Source of the DNA: a virus
Length of the DNA: 50,613 nt
IMG/VR virus record: IMGVR_UViG_3300045993_000450
Direction: 5' to 3' (one strand)
The first letter of the stretch is position 1. Each line of letters begins with the position of its first letter. A program made the translations under genes and the position numbers. Shown here piece after piece: positions 35,626-44,684 of this stretch. The notes beneath the pieces were generated by a model, which did no database searches, was not told where the DNA came from, and saw only the letters and a program-made list of their open reading frames with translations.

Positions 35626-36336
35626 TTAAAGCTTCCGACTGTAAGGACATTGCAGTTTTGTAGCAGGGCACCACTTGCAAAACTCATTCACCTTAGGGTC
35701 GAAATTCGTTTCCGCATTAACCTTCGCATGCTCTTGCTGAAACCATTCAACCAGTCTCGGTTTGTCTGCCTGAGCATACGTTTTCTTAATAGTCTTCTTG
35801 TGGTCGACATAGATATAGGCATTGTGTACGACAGGGATGTCAGGCCAAATTGAGAGCGCGATCGCCGACGATAACTCAAGTTGACCGTATCCCGTGGACG
35901 GAGTGTATTCAACATATTTGCCTGTCTTGAAGTCGCCGATAATAATGTCTGATTCCCTGATTGCGATCATGTCCAGAATTGCACGATAGTAGGAGTCCTT
36001 ACTGAACCACTCAACCTGTTTCCACTGATTGTCAATGGATACCTGTGCTTCAGGAAGTACCGACGAGTATGACGTAAACAAGGCGTCTATCATTGGCTTG
36101 GCGTTTTCGACCTCTTGCAGAGAACTGGACCTGATACCTTCTTCACCCGCAGACTTCTTGATGATGTAATTCTCAAGTTGCTTGTGGACATTCGTACCTC
36201 GCACCAGGTGCGGTGACGTACCCTCTTCCTTGAAGGAGGCCGTCTTGGCAATGTACTTATGCCAGAACTTTTTAGGGCACTGGTTGAAGTCACTTAATCG
36301 ACTATGGCTGAGAGCCATTACAGGTTTTTCTGACAT
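35626..36336 (-). CDS. Cas4/RecB-like PD-(D/E)xK exonuclease
   Basis: 236 aa. N-terminal Cys (FNQCPKKF), IIGDFKTGK, C-terminal CKWCPATKLQCP four-Cys cluster. Confidence 0.8.
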   Translation of the reverse strand: MSEKPVMALSHSRLSDFNQCPKKFWHKYIAKTASFKEEGTSPHLVRGTNVHKQLENYIIKKSAGEEGIRSSSLQEVENAKPMIDALFTSYSSVLPEAQVSIDNQWKQVEWFSKDSYYRAILDMIAIRESDIIIGDFKTGKYVEYTPSTGYGQLELSSAIALSIWPDIPVVHNAYIYVDHKKTIKKTYAQADKPRLVEWFQQEHAKVNAETNFDPKVNEFCKWCPATKLQCPYSRKL

Positions 36337-36345
36337 TATGATTCC

Positions 36346-36813
36346 TTATTTTACAGGTTGAGTAATTCTTCGTTTCTGGACATATGCCGACCAGCAAGAC
36401 TTACAGTATGAGTTAAGTCCGCCGGACTTCCTTTGTCCAAAGCTAGATGTGGAAATAAGAAGGTTACACATCCTGCAGCGTTTAACTTCGTCATTATCTT
36501 GCTGATTTAGGGCCTTCTCTCTAGACTTTAGATTCTCTGATTGAGTGCATAGCCTCAAATTACTCACGGCATTGTTGGTTTTGACCATGTCTAAATGATC
36601 TACCTGCGTACTGGAGTCAGACAAATCGAGACCTAAAAAGGAGGCGGCCATTAGTCTATGCACATAAAGTGTAGTAGGATATTCTTCGCCTTCTTTATAT
36701 AGTCCTACAGTATCATATCCTCCGTAATTTCCAGGCTTTAGAAATCTTCCTCTAAGTCCCTTTATACGACTAGATTCAAAAATTTCGTATCGCTCATATC
36801 CAGGTATCTTCAC
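36346..36813 (-). CDS. HNH homing endonuclease (NUMOD4/HNH_3-like), second copy
   Basis: 155 aa. MKIPGYERYEI, VDHLDMVKTNNAVSNLRLCTQSEN, C-terminal CRMC...CKSC. 4-nt overlap with the DNA polymerase stop. Confidence 0.85.
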   Translation of the reverse strand: MKIPGYERYEIFESSRIKGLRGRFLKPGNYGGYDTVGLYKEGEEYPTTLYVHRLMAASFLGLDLSDSSTQVDHLDMVKTNNAVSNLRLCTQSENLKSREKALNQQDNDEVKRCRMCNLLISTSSFGQRKSGGLNSYCKSCWSAYVQKRRITQPVK

Positions 36814-38720
36814 TTTACCCCCCCAAAGTTAGAGCCATATCCGCCCTCGTATGGTAAAGGAATAGAGGGTTTAAATCCCCAATACTTTTCGTAGTCAATG
36901 TTGTTAAGACAGTGTTGAGCGGCCTCGAAAATTTCTTTAGCATTCTCTGTTTTTATGTATCCAAAAGATGCATCATGCAAATCTAAACTGAACTTAAATT
37001 CAGGCACGTGGTGCATTAGTTCTGTGACGGCTATTTCCTTCATAGAAGCCCCAGCGCCTTGGATGGGTACGTTAATTGCGGAACTCTCGGTCATCCAACG
37101 ATCTGTGGACCACTTAGAAAGCTTAAACCTACGGCCTCCGTAAATCTCCACATAACCGTCCGTCTTGGCTTCCCACACCACATCATCCCAGTATTTTGGA
37201 ACCCCCGGATAGGCTCGCTTAAATGTGTTGACGAGGAAGTTACCAGTCTCGATAGTCATGTAGGTGTCGTAATTAACGAAGGCTTTTTCACTTAGTGATT
37301 TACCGCCGATGCGATAATTGCACGACAAATTAGTTAGTTTGCCTAACTGCCGCTGCTCAGTGTAATACCCCGCGCCATCCTCGTGTTTTCTAGAATCTTC
37401 AAACTCATAATAATCCGCACCTATGATGTTGGCCCCGGTCATAGAGTGAAAGTTCAAGTCGTCTTTGAAAACCTTGAGCATCGTCTCGTCGCCACTTCGC
37501 AAAGCCATGAGTCTGGACTCTTGTCCTGATGCATCTAATTCGCCTATAGAGTACCCTTCAGGAGGCAAGAGCATCTCTCGTACGATCTTGGCTTTTCTAG
37601 GGATTTGATGCAGGGCGATTCCAGTTTTGTATTTGGATTCAGTGTCGTCTTCAAAGTCGGTGGACTTTGTAGTGTTAGAATAAGTCCACCTGCCGGTGTA
37701 CGTGCCAAAGATACGAGGGGCGCCATAGATATAACCATCAGTGGTATGAGTCAGTGCCTCACGAGTAGTCTTCACATATTTGGACATTATGGTTGACACC
37801 ACTTTTGCCTCTAAGATTATCCCTACTTTGTCTGCATAATCTTGTGCACCCTCCTTCAGCAGGTTATACTGAAGCCACATCAGGTCTTCCTTGGAGCTGC
37901 TAGGATTACCTGTAGGAGTGCGTGACTGAACTGGCAAACCCCATTGATTGAACAACAGGTGGCCTAACTGTTTTGGTGAAGTAAACAGAGCCTCACTGAC
38001 ACCTAGTCTGCGAGCGAATTCTGTTTTCTGCGCAGCCATTTCAGGCTGAATACGATCAAGGATTTTCTGATCAATACGAATACCCATAATCCAACTATTG
38101 GCGACCGGCACCAGACATTGGAACTCCGTAAGCAGGCCTACGATCTGGGGTTGCTGGATTTTAGTCAGCAAGAAGTCCACCAAACGGGCCGTCATGATAA
38201 CGTCTAAGTTACCACGTTTCAGCCAGTACTCATCGTTGGTACCGGCATTCACCCCCATCGATTTCATCTTGATGAAGTCAGGAGTATCAGGATCTTGAGG
38301 CAGGAACACCTTGACTAGGTTGGCCAACCCATAGCTAAACCTAGAGTCCTCAGCCACTTGCCCGTTGCATACCCACTTAGCTAGCAACTGTGAACAGCGC
38401 CATTGTATACCGCGCATAAGAGGCGGAATATCTCCAGTTTTACTAGGTTCCAGCTGTGCAATCATCCATGCAATGTCAAACACTGCAAAGTGTGCATATA
38501 CGATTCTGCCTTGCAGTGTTACCAGCAGGCTTTTTACCTGCTTATCCCAATCGTCATTGTCATTGACAATCTGAGCGGTCGTTCCATCAGGCCGGCAAAT
38601 GGCGATGGACGTAATCCTTGCGTTCCCTTGACGGAGGCGCCAAGGTTCCAGTCCTGCATGTAATGCCATACCTTTATTGGTGGCTGCAGTTTCAATGTCC
38701 AGTGTGTGAAAATTTCGCAT
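36810..38720 (-). CDS. DNA polymerase I (family A) with an N-terminal 3'-5' exonuclease domain
   Basis: 636 aa. HTLDIETAA (Exo I), motif A ELDASGQESRLMA, motif B RQLGKLTNLSCNY, motif C LDLHDAS. Confidence 0.95.
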   Translation of the reverse strand: MRNFHTLDIETAATNKGMALHAGLEPWRLRQGNARITSIAICRPDGTTAQIVNDNDDWDKQVKSLLVTLQGRIVYAHFAVFDIAWMIAQLEPSKTGDIPPLMRGIQWRCSQLLAKWVCNGQVAEDSRFSYGLANLVKVFLPQDPDTPDFIKMKSMGVNAGTNDEYWLKRGNLDVIMTARLVDFLLTKIQQPQIVGLLTEFQCLVPVANSWIMGIRIDQKILDRIQPEMAAQKTEFARRLGVSEALFTSPKQLGHLLFNQWGLPVQSRTPTGNPSSSKEDLMWLQYNLLKEGAQDYADKVGIILEAKVVSTIMSKYVKTTREALTHTTDGYIYGAPRIFGTYTGRWTYSNTTKSTDFEDDTESKYKTGIALHQIPRKAKIVREMLLPPEGYSIGELDASGQESRLMALRSGDETMLKVFKDDLNFHSMTGANIIGADYYEFEDSRKHEDGAGYYTEQRQLGKLTNLSCNYRIGGKSLSEKAFVNYDTYMTIETGNFLVNTFKRAYPGVPKYWDDVVWEAKTDGYVEIYGGRRFKLSKWSTDRWMTESSAINVPIQGAGASMKEIAVTELMHHVPEFKFSLDLHDASFGYIKTENAKEIFEAAQHCLNNIDYEKYWGFKPSIPLPYEGGYGSNFGGVK

Positions 38721-38770
38721 ATTCTATTATACTGAGTTAATTTCTCAAGTAGTAAAATCAAATTAAGGAT

Positions 38771-41242
38771 TCAGGAAGATATAACTTTGCCTCTGTTCTG
38801 TATAGAAGCCTGCCTCCATTCGTTGATTGATAACTGATTTGCCCGCAGTGCCTGCTTCAGCATCTCGTTATCCTCATTGTTGAATTCACTGTGCTTACGA
38901 CTTGTATACAGGACGGTCCGTTCCTTCTGTATAATGTCCAGGCCATTGGCATTAATGTTGGGGTAGCTATTCATCTGCCGTGTAAGGTTGGGCTGCCCCT
39001 TAGCTTTGATGGTGACTACCATCCCCCGTTTTCTGAGTTCTCTGAAGGCATCCTCTGGGTTTTCACGCCAGCGTGAATTCATCATTCTCTCACTGGTTTC
39101 CAAAGCATAGACAATCATCTCTTTGGTTACCACTGGCGATTTGGCTGCGATGTTCCTGTCATCCTCAAAGTGAGTGACGAACCATTCCTCGAGGTCTGTC
39201 AAGCCGGTCAAGAACATTTCCCGCTTGATGTCGTTCATCGGGGCCCGCATATCTGCGAGGTTGTATTTGATCTTGTGATTTGCTAGATGGTGCCGTATGG
39301 TATTAGCGGTGCGCCGCTTGACTGCTATAGGCACATCACCATTTTCCAGGTCAAACAACTTGTCCGCGAAACCTTTAGACAATATGGGCGGGCTATTATC
39401 AATAATCCAGATACGGCGATCTGCTTCCTCGATGGGAAAATGATTGTTACTATTGCCCGCCATAAGCATGCCTGACACGATTGGTAGCTCAAAGGTACCG
39501 CCGCCTTTGATCTCAACTGGAATCACTGATGCAGTAATCAGTGTCTTCAAATGCTTCCAGAAACTAGTGGCTTCTTGCCTCATGTTCCTGTGAGTGGCAA
39601 ATTGCACTTCGTCCAGCATTAACAGTGCGGCGCCATTAGGGTTAAAGAACCTTGCCCCAATTTCCTCCAGCCGGACTGACCTAGCCTGGTTCACACCGTC
39701 TTTGGATGCACCCATAACATGTCTCAACGCATTGAGGTAGCATGACTTACCTACACCTCGTAGTGCTGACTGAATGAAGGGGACCACTACAGGCTTAAGA
39801 CCTGGTCTCTGTATTAACCATGCTGGGAGGTCTAGTCCGAATTGATACTCATCAGATCCTTCTGGGCCAAAGATTCTAGACACAACAAAACGGAACTGGT
39901 CCCATGCGTCATTATCCAGATCATCTTTGTTAACCATTTTCCTAACATCGTTCCAGACATTGAGGAACCTGCGCCCACCCATTTCCGATGAGTGGAACAC
40001 TTCAGGGGCGCCAGGCTTGAAGCCCGATATATCAACCTCATGCGTTGGGTCAAACAATTTATCCAGCAAATCTGCCGGGTTAATTAGCTTGTCTTTCCCA
40101 TTAGCCTGGGGCACGAGCCGTGAATAGCGACCTAGCAATTGCTTGATGGAAGCTTGATCATGAAAGCCAATTGAAGCGTAGTATGGATTGTCCCCAAACA
40201 AGACATACTTGATCTTGTTACCGTGCCCTGTAACCCGATACATGCCTCTGGTAATGAGGTCTGTAGCCACGTCAAACGGGTTATTGTGATCAACGTGGAA
40301 TACCCGAGCCAGCATGTCTTCAAAGTCAATTGACTCATGAAGATTTTCTTTGCCCTCAGTTACCTCAACTAATTTTGTGACATAAGCTCTGACTGTGTCA
40401 GGCGAGAACCCTTTGTTTTTCAGGGCACTCATAAACATGAAGAACCCAATATTCCTGGCACCCATAGGGAGTACCGGCGGGATTTCACCTCGTTTCAGAA
40501 TCTCAAAGACATCCTCGTTCGGGTCTGGTTGCTTTGATGAACCCATGAGATTGTCTAATGGGTCTACGAAGTTAGCGCCTGTCAACCCCATGACTACATC
40601 GTCGGGTACCTGCGTAAGCTCAACTCCAGGTTCCCCCTTGACGAGTTGATAGTTACCTCGTTCCCATGACTCCTCGTCACCCTCGCATAAGGGGCCAACA
40701 ACCATGCCTCCATCCCCTCGCACGTCCACCCCTTCGTATTTCTGCCCGGCTATAGAGATATTGGCGATGGACTTAATCTTGGCGCCGGCATACTTCTGCG
40801 TCTTCGCATAATACAAGTGGAACCCGCCCGTTTTAGACTTAACCACCATCTGTGGCGAGGGTATTTTGAACTTCTCTTGCAGGAGCCTGAATTGCTCAGC
40901 ACCACGTTTCCCGTCTTTATTGTCCAGGTCAAAGATAACAAGGCCTATACCTAAAACCCCATACGCGACGACCATCGCCCCGTTGTACTTCTTGCGTACT
41001 TGTTCAGGCCAGGTGTCTACCTCTTTAGGGTCATTGGTTGCAGGTATCGCTTTGGCTTTGTCTTCATCCTTAACTTCGTTGCGGGCCCAGCCATACGGCT
41101 TCTGGGTACCCTTGATGGATGAATACATGGGAAATACATAGAATCCTTTTTCAGCGAATCTCCTCGCGAAGAGGATAGCTGTGTTGTCGTCTGACATGTG
41201 TCTTCTTTTTGTACTAGGTGTTAGTCCAGAAGAGCTGGACAC
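38771..41242 (-). CDS. Bifunctional primase-polymerase / SF3 helicase
   Basis: 823 aa. Prim-pol N-terminus (FVFPMYS..., TGGFHLYY, DVRGDGGMVV). Walker A ALRGVGKS. The start could instead be the internal Met at 41197. Confidence 0.9.
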   Translation of the reverse strand: MSSSSGLTPSTKRRHMSDDNTAILFARRFAEKGFYVFPMYSSIKGTQKPYGWARNEVKDEDKAKAIPATNDPKEVDTWPEQVRKKYNGAMVVAYGVLGIGLVIFDLDNKDGKRGAEQFRLLQEKFKIPSPQMVVKSKTGGFHLYYAKTQKYAGAKIKSIANISIAGQKYEGVDVRGDGGMVVGPLCEGDEESWERGNYQLVKGEPGVELTQVPDDVVMGLTGANFVDPLDNLMGSSKQPDPNEDVFEILKRGEIPPVLPMGARNIGFFMFMSALKNKGFSPDTVRAYVTKLVEVTEGKENLHESIDFEDMLARVFHVDHNNPFDVATDLITRGMYRVTGHGNKIKYVLFGDNPYYASIGFHDQASIKQLLGRYSRLVPQANGKDKLINPADLLDKLFDPTHEVDISGFKPGAPEVFHSSEMGGRRFLNVWNDVRKMVNKDDLDNDAWDQFRFVVSRIFGPEGSDEYQFGLDLPAWLIQRPGLKPVVVPFIQSALRGVGKSCYLNALRHVMGASKDGVNQARSVRLEEIGARFFNPNGAALLMLDEVQFATHRNMRQEATSFWKHLKTLITASVIPVEIKGGGTFELPIVSGMLMAGNSNNHFPIEEADRRIWIIDNSPPILSKGFADKLFDLENGDVPIAVKRRTANTIRHHLANHKIKYNLADMRAPMNDIKREMFLTGLTDLEEWFVTHFEDDRNIAAKSPVVTKEMIVYALETSERMMNSRWRENPEDAFRELRKRGMVVTIKAKGQPNLTRQMNSYPNINANGLDIIQKERTVLYTSRKHSEFNNEDNEMLKQALRANQLSINEWRQASIQNRGKVISS

Positions 41243-41263
41243 CGCGGCTTAACGCGCACATTT

Positions 41264-41304
41264 GGAGAAAATAAAAGCCCTAGGTCATCTCTGGCCTAGG
41301 GCTT
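41264..41304 (-). terminator. Intrinsic terminator on the - strand (AAGCCCTAGG-10 nt-CCTAGGGCTT followed by TTTATTTTCTC)
   Basis: Perfect 10-bp stem with a T-rich tail on the - strand. It lies between an S-type promoter signal and the primase start. Confidence 0.65.
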
Positions 41305-41350
41305 CCATAAGACTATCTGATTGGCCTAACCAGATTGCGGCGTCAAGCTT

Positions 41351-41403
41351 ATTATAACATAAAGTTACCTCAGTTATATAACATAATTAAGGGGCCCCTG
41401 AAT
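41351..41403 (-). promoter_or_regulatory. S-type promoter candidate (- strand: ATTCAGGGGCCCC, TTAATTATG, TATAAT = complement of 41351..41356)
   Basis: The core ends 36 nt upstream of TATAAT on the - strand. Confidence 0.45.
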
Positions 41404-41414
41404 GTGCTAATCAC

Positions 41415-41558
41415 TTAGCATAGCCACGAGGACCTTACAATAATGCGAAACGCAGCTGTCGCTGCACCCCAGACAATCCCCGCTATGAACCCTAGAACTG
41501 CGGATACAGCGAAAAGATACACTGCGCTTTTTAAGAACCTAAATATTGAATTTAGCAT
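41415..41558 (-). CDS. Small hydrophobic protein (47 aa, below the ORF-track cutoff)
   Basis: The ATG overlaps the upstream stop (AATGCTAA). Translates as MLNSIFRFLKSAVYLFAVSAVLGFIAGIVWGAATAAFRIIVRSSWLC. Confidence 0.35.
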   Translation of the reverse strand: MLNSIFRFLKSAVYLFAVSAVLGFIAGIVWGAATAAFRIIVRSSWLC

Positions 41559-41758
41559 TTTTCCACCATCATGTTAATAATCTCTTTCGGCAAACAAACC
41601 TCGTGTGAGTCCCTCATTGTCCAGCGAGTTGACCCCGCTCTTCGACTCATCTTCTGCCATGCCACCCCGTACTCATGGACTTTGTAAACCTTCTGGAACT
41701 CCAATGTCTTGTCCATCTCAACCGGACCTTCTTTATACATGAGGAGTTTACCTAACAT
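41552..41758 (-). CDS. Hypothetical early protein
   Basis: 68 aa. Overlaps the upstream gene by 11 nt within a tightly packed operon. Confidence 0.5.
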   Translation of the reverse strand: MLGKLLMYKEGPVEMDKTLEFQKVYKVHEYGVAWQKMSRRAGSTRWTMRDSHEVCLPKEIINMMVEKC

Positions 41759-42116
41759 TGTTGCGCTCCGGAGCGCTCAGAATGCGCTCTGACGCATACT
41801 TTTTAGCGCTTTGATATAAGCCTACGCACTTACTTTTTAGGCTGATCAGAGCTTTTCCCACCCGATAGGGGTACGAGTCTTTCTTCACTGGCCGACGCCC
41901 TTCGTCCCAGGTATTCTCAATCACGTTATCCACTCCCCCGCACTCCACACACTCGCTTTCAAACTCGTGCCTGATAGACAGGATCAGCCAAACAGGGAGC
42001 CAGAAGCCCATGGTGATGATAGACATGATCAAGTGCAACAAGTGAGAGGTGCTTGGCTTCAAGTGCAACGTCCGTCGCCCACAGACTTTGCAATACTCTA
42101 GTTCTACGTCGCTCAT
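41748..42116 (-). CDS. Hypothetical membrane protein with a split CxxC...CxxC zinc ribbon
   Basis: 122 aa. CKVCGRRT, a hydrophobic hairpin (IMSIITMGFWLPVWLILSI), CVECGG. The 3' third of the ORF is encoded by E-type repeat sequence. Confidence 0.5.
   Translation of the reverse strand: MSDVELEYCKVCGRRTLHLKPSTSHLLHLIMSIITMGFWLPVWLILSIRHEFESECVECGGVDNVIENTWDEGRRPVKKDSYPYRVGKALISLKSKCVGLYQSAKKYASERILSAPERNNVR
41763..41852 (+). repeat. E element copy E6 (subtype II), embedded in the 3' end of ORF 41748..42116
   Basis: GCGCTCCGGAGCGCTCAGAATGCGCTCTGA ... GCTGATCAGAGC. Same layout as the reverse complement of 28499..28580. Confidence 0.6.
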
Positions 42117-42325
42117 TTTAGGGCCTCTCTAGCGATATGACCCATCAAAGCGGGTGAGCACCCTTTTTGATCGAGCTCATCGATTTTACGTAGGGCTTCA
42201 CGCAAGTCATCTCGCTGCTTACGAAGAATCGTGGCATGATTCGATAGCCGTTCTCCCTCCATCCTGAGAAAGTCGATCTCTTTCGAGGCTTTCAACATGG
42301 CGTCAGTCACATGAAAAATAGTCAT
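42113..42325 (-). CDS. Hypothetical early protein
   Basis: 70 aa, with 4-nt overlaps at both ends. Confidence 0.55.
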   Translation of the reverse strand: MTIFHVTDAMLKASKEIDFLRMEGERLSNHATILRKQRDDLREALRKIDELDQKGCSPALMGHIAREALK

Positions 42326-42702
42326 ATCAAGTCCCTTAAATATTGCAATGCACTAACTCCTTCGCGACCTTGCTCTAAAGCAATTCTTGCGTCGACGATT
42401 TTCAGTATGCGTTGTCGCTCAAGCCGCGTTGGGTCCGTCAGATCTGCTTTCGCAGCTTTCTCCTTGAGCATGGCGAGAATCGCTTCAGCACATTTATCCG
42501 CACGTTCATTGCACATCTCAGCACAAGCCTCCACTGTCGCAGCTTGGAGCGCAATGAGTTGGGTTTCGGTGAACATGAACTCCTTGTCGGTAGCCTGCAC
42601 GTCTCTCCAGATACTACCGCTGCCGTTGTCGCGGTACAGCCATCCGTAACCGTCGAACTCACAGCGGAAGGCTTCTGGTTCAGGTAATTTAGGTAAGCTC
42701 AT
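42322..42702 (-). CDS. Hypothetical early protein
   Basis: 126 aa, translationally coupled. Confidence 0.55.
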   Translation of the reverse strand: MSLPKLPEPEAFRCEFDGYGWLYRDNGSGSIWRDVQATDKEFMFTETQLIALQAATVEACAEMCNERADKCAEAILAMLKEKAAKADLTDPTRLERQRILKIVDARIALEQGREGVSALQYLRDLI

Positions 42703-42940
42703 TTTTGGTACCCCACATCTTTAAGACAATATTTCCCAGACTGTCAGCGGGCATGGACTCGACCACCTTCATCACCTTGTCCCGCTTCTCTTGCGCGATG
42801 GCCTCTGCCTTAGCAATCCGGGCCTCGAGTATCGCAGCGTTTCGCTCTTTCCGTGCGGCTTGCTTCGCAGCATTGGCCGCATACCGTCGATCAAACTCAC
42901 TAGTCTTGTCGATTCTGTGAATCACGATAGGGGCCTCCAT
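42689..42940 (-). CDS. Hypothetical early protein (Lys/Ala-rich helical)
   Basis: 83 aa, overlapping both neighbours. Confidence 0.5.
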   Translation of the reverse strand: MEAPIVIHRIDKTSEFDRRYAANAAKQAARKERNAAILEARIAKAEAIAQEKRDKVMKVVESMPADSLGNIVLKMWGTKNELT

Positions 42941-43134
42941 GCTGTCTTGGGCTCATTGGCATGTTTCATGTAATAGTGTATCAAAAAGTCGAACACTTGC
43001 ACGTACGTCATGTCCACGCCACTGTCAACCTTAAGCCGCTGCTTTATGACGTCGATGTTGGGACTCACACAAACGGTTATCCGTTTAGTGCGCGCATCAG
43101 GGTCTATCTCCCACTCTTGGGTTTTTGAGACCAT
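42922..43134 (-). CDS. Hypothetical early protein
   Basis: 70 aa, in the operon. Confidence 0.5.
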   Translation of the reverse strand: MVSKTQEWEIDPDARTKRITVCVSPNIDVIKQRLKVDSGVDMTYVQVFDFLIHYYMKHANEPKTAWRPLS

Positions 43135-43135
43135 A

Positions 43136-43360
43136 TCATGCTACCTGCGTTGCGTGTTCTTCAATCCGATTACGGAGCCGTGCAATGCGCGCAATGTTAT
43201 ATCGCACGATGCTCTCTGCGTACTCCTTACCTGTCTCGGCCTCCAGCAACTGGCGCTGTGCCTCATCGAGCTCAGCTGCAAGGGCCTCGCCAATGGAGGG
43301 CTTTTGGAATATTTTTACGATCTTTTTCATGATTTCATACCCATTATTTTGTGTAGACAT
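43136..43360 (-). CDS. Hypothetical early protein
   Basis: 74 aa, 1 nt from the downstream start. Confidence 0.5.
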   Translation of the reverse strand: MSTQNNGYEIMKKIVKIFQKPSIGEALAAELDEAQRQLLEAETGKEYAESIVRYNIARIARLRNRIEEHATQVA

Positions 43361-43749
43361 AATTCTGCATCCTCGAGACTCTCGATCTCTTGGTTATCAT
43401 CTTTCTGACCCCGCCTAAACTCCTCGCGGCAAATGGCTTTCTTAGCCTCATGCCACACATCGATTACCTCAGGGCACCGGGCCATCAAGACAAGTAATAC
43501 CCGCTGACTTAACCCGGCCTCCATCTCCGTGAGCAGCGTGATATACCGCATCGGCGACAGGCTTTGTGAAATCATACTATGCTTCTCGTCCTCACGAATC
43601 GGCAACTGCTTTATCATGGACAACATGATGAGGCTGTTATGGATGTCTTGAGCCATCCGATGTACCGTGTGGTCAGTAATCACGATTTCTCCTTTGGTTG
43701 TCAACATGCTCCATCGCCTTGGTGAAAACCCGATCAAGGTCTTCATCAC
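43327..43749 (-). CDS. Hypothetical early protein (start uncertain)
   Basis: 140-aa ORF. It overlaps 43673..43930 by 77 nt, so the internal Met at 43707 or 43656 may be the true start. Confidence 0.45.
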   Translation of the reverse strand: MMKTLIGFSPRRWSMLTTKGEIVITDHTVHRMAQDIHNSLIMLSMIKQLPIREDEKHSMISQSLSPMRYITLLTEMEAGLSQRVLLVLMARCPEVIDVWHEAKKAICREEFRRGQKDDNQEIESLEDAELCLHKIMGMKS

Positions 43750-43930
43750 TCACCCTCAACCATGGCGCCGGCATACCCTTCAGAGTCATGATGTCGTAGT
43801 CATCGATCCAGTCATTAAAATACCCCACTTCAGGATCAGCGCGGGTGATGGTGAAGCCTACCAAGACAGGGAACCCGTTGCACACAGTCGTCTCTATCTC
43901 GTATGGCCAACTATAAGCTTGGATACCCAT
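43673..43930 (-). CDS. Hypothetical early protein
   Basis: 85 aa, 2 nt after the upstream stop. Confidence 0.5.
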   Translation of the reverse strand: MGIQAYSWPYEIETTVCNGFPVLVGFTITRADPEVGYFNDWIDDYDIMTLKGMPAPWLRVSDEDLDRVFTKAMEHVDNQRRNRDY

Positions 43931-43932
43931 GA

Positions 43933-44235
43933 TTACCCCTCAATCGCGGTGTACTGCGCGATTTGCGCATCGATCTTAGTGATAGCCGCTTGGAAATCAG
44001 ACATGGCTTTTGCCTTGACCCTCTCCAAATGCCTCACGATGTCAGGCCGTGGGTCGAAGTCATCGGGCAAGTCATAAGTGATCTGGCACTCGCCTACGCG
44101 AATGTAACCTAGGCTGCACATGTTGTCGTTCCTGAAAATCTGCAACCCAAGGTCGCCAATCAGCCACTCCTTATCATTGTGATAAGCTCGGTCTTTGTCC
44201 AGGTACATGTACCCCGTGATTGTTTTGGTAGCCAT
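43933..44235 (-). CDS. Hypothetical early protein
   Basis: 100 aa, with a 1-nt overlap on the upstream gene. Confidence 0.55.
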   Translation of the reverse strand: MATKTITGYMYLDKDRAYHNDKEWLIGDLGLQIFRNDNMCSLGYIRVGECQITYDLPDDFDPRPDIVRHLERVKAKAMSDFQAAITKIDAQIAQYTAIEG

Positions 44236-44537
44236 TAGAAACTCTCCAATCCATTGTTAAAAGCCCACGCATTTGGGTCAACGGGTACCTGCGCCTGAAG
44301 CGGCACCTCTGTCAACCCGTAATAAGCAGCCTGACTCGTACCTTCCTCCACCCACTGGGACTCGTCGTACATGAAGGCAAACTTGGCGCCGATCGTGTTA
44401 AACACTATGACCCTCGCCGCATCATAGTCAACCGCCTCAACGACGCTGAAGTTATCCCTCAGATTCGTGCCGTGACCATATGTCACATAAAAAGCCTTAT
44501 GCAATCCAGACATCATCTGCCTCCAGGTTGTCGGCAT
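44235..44537 (-). CDS. Hypothetical early protein (first gene after promoter signal S-e)
   Basis: 100 aa. TATAAT-like boxes and an S box lie upstream on the - strand. Confidence 0.55.
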   Translation of the reverse strand: MPTTWRQMMSGLHKAFYVTYGHGTNLRDNFSVVEAVDYDAARVIVFNTIGAKFAFMYDESQWVEEGTSQAAYYGLTEVPLQAQVPVDPNAWAFNNGLESF

Positions 44538-44553
44538 TATTGCCGATGTAGTT

Positions 44554-44637
44554 ATTATACTGCGCTTTATCTCGTTTATTATATCTTAATTAGTGATCAT
44601 TGTGTTGCATTATTATCTTGGGCCCCATGAATTAGGG
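44554..44637 (-). promoter_or_regulatory. S-type promoter candidate (- strand CCCTAATTCATGGGGCCC, two TATAAT boxes at the complement of 44578..44583 and 44554..44559)
   Basis: The 18-nt box is nearly identical to 131..148. The first TATAAT lies about 38 nt downstream of the core. Confidence 0.5.
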
Positions 44638-44684
44638 CAACACGTAACGTCCCACTTATGTTATAGCGCGCACGCACCCGCGCA

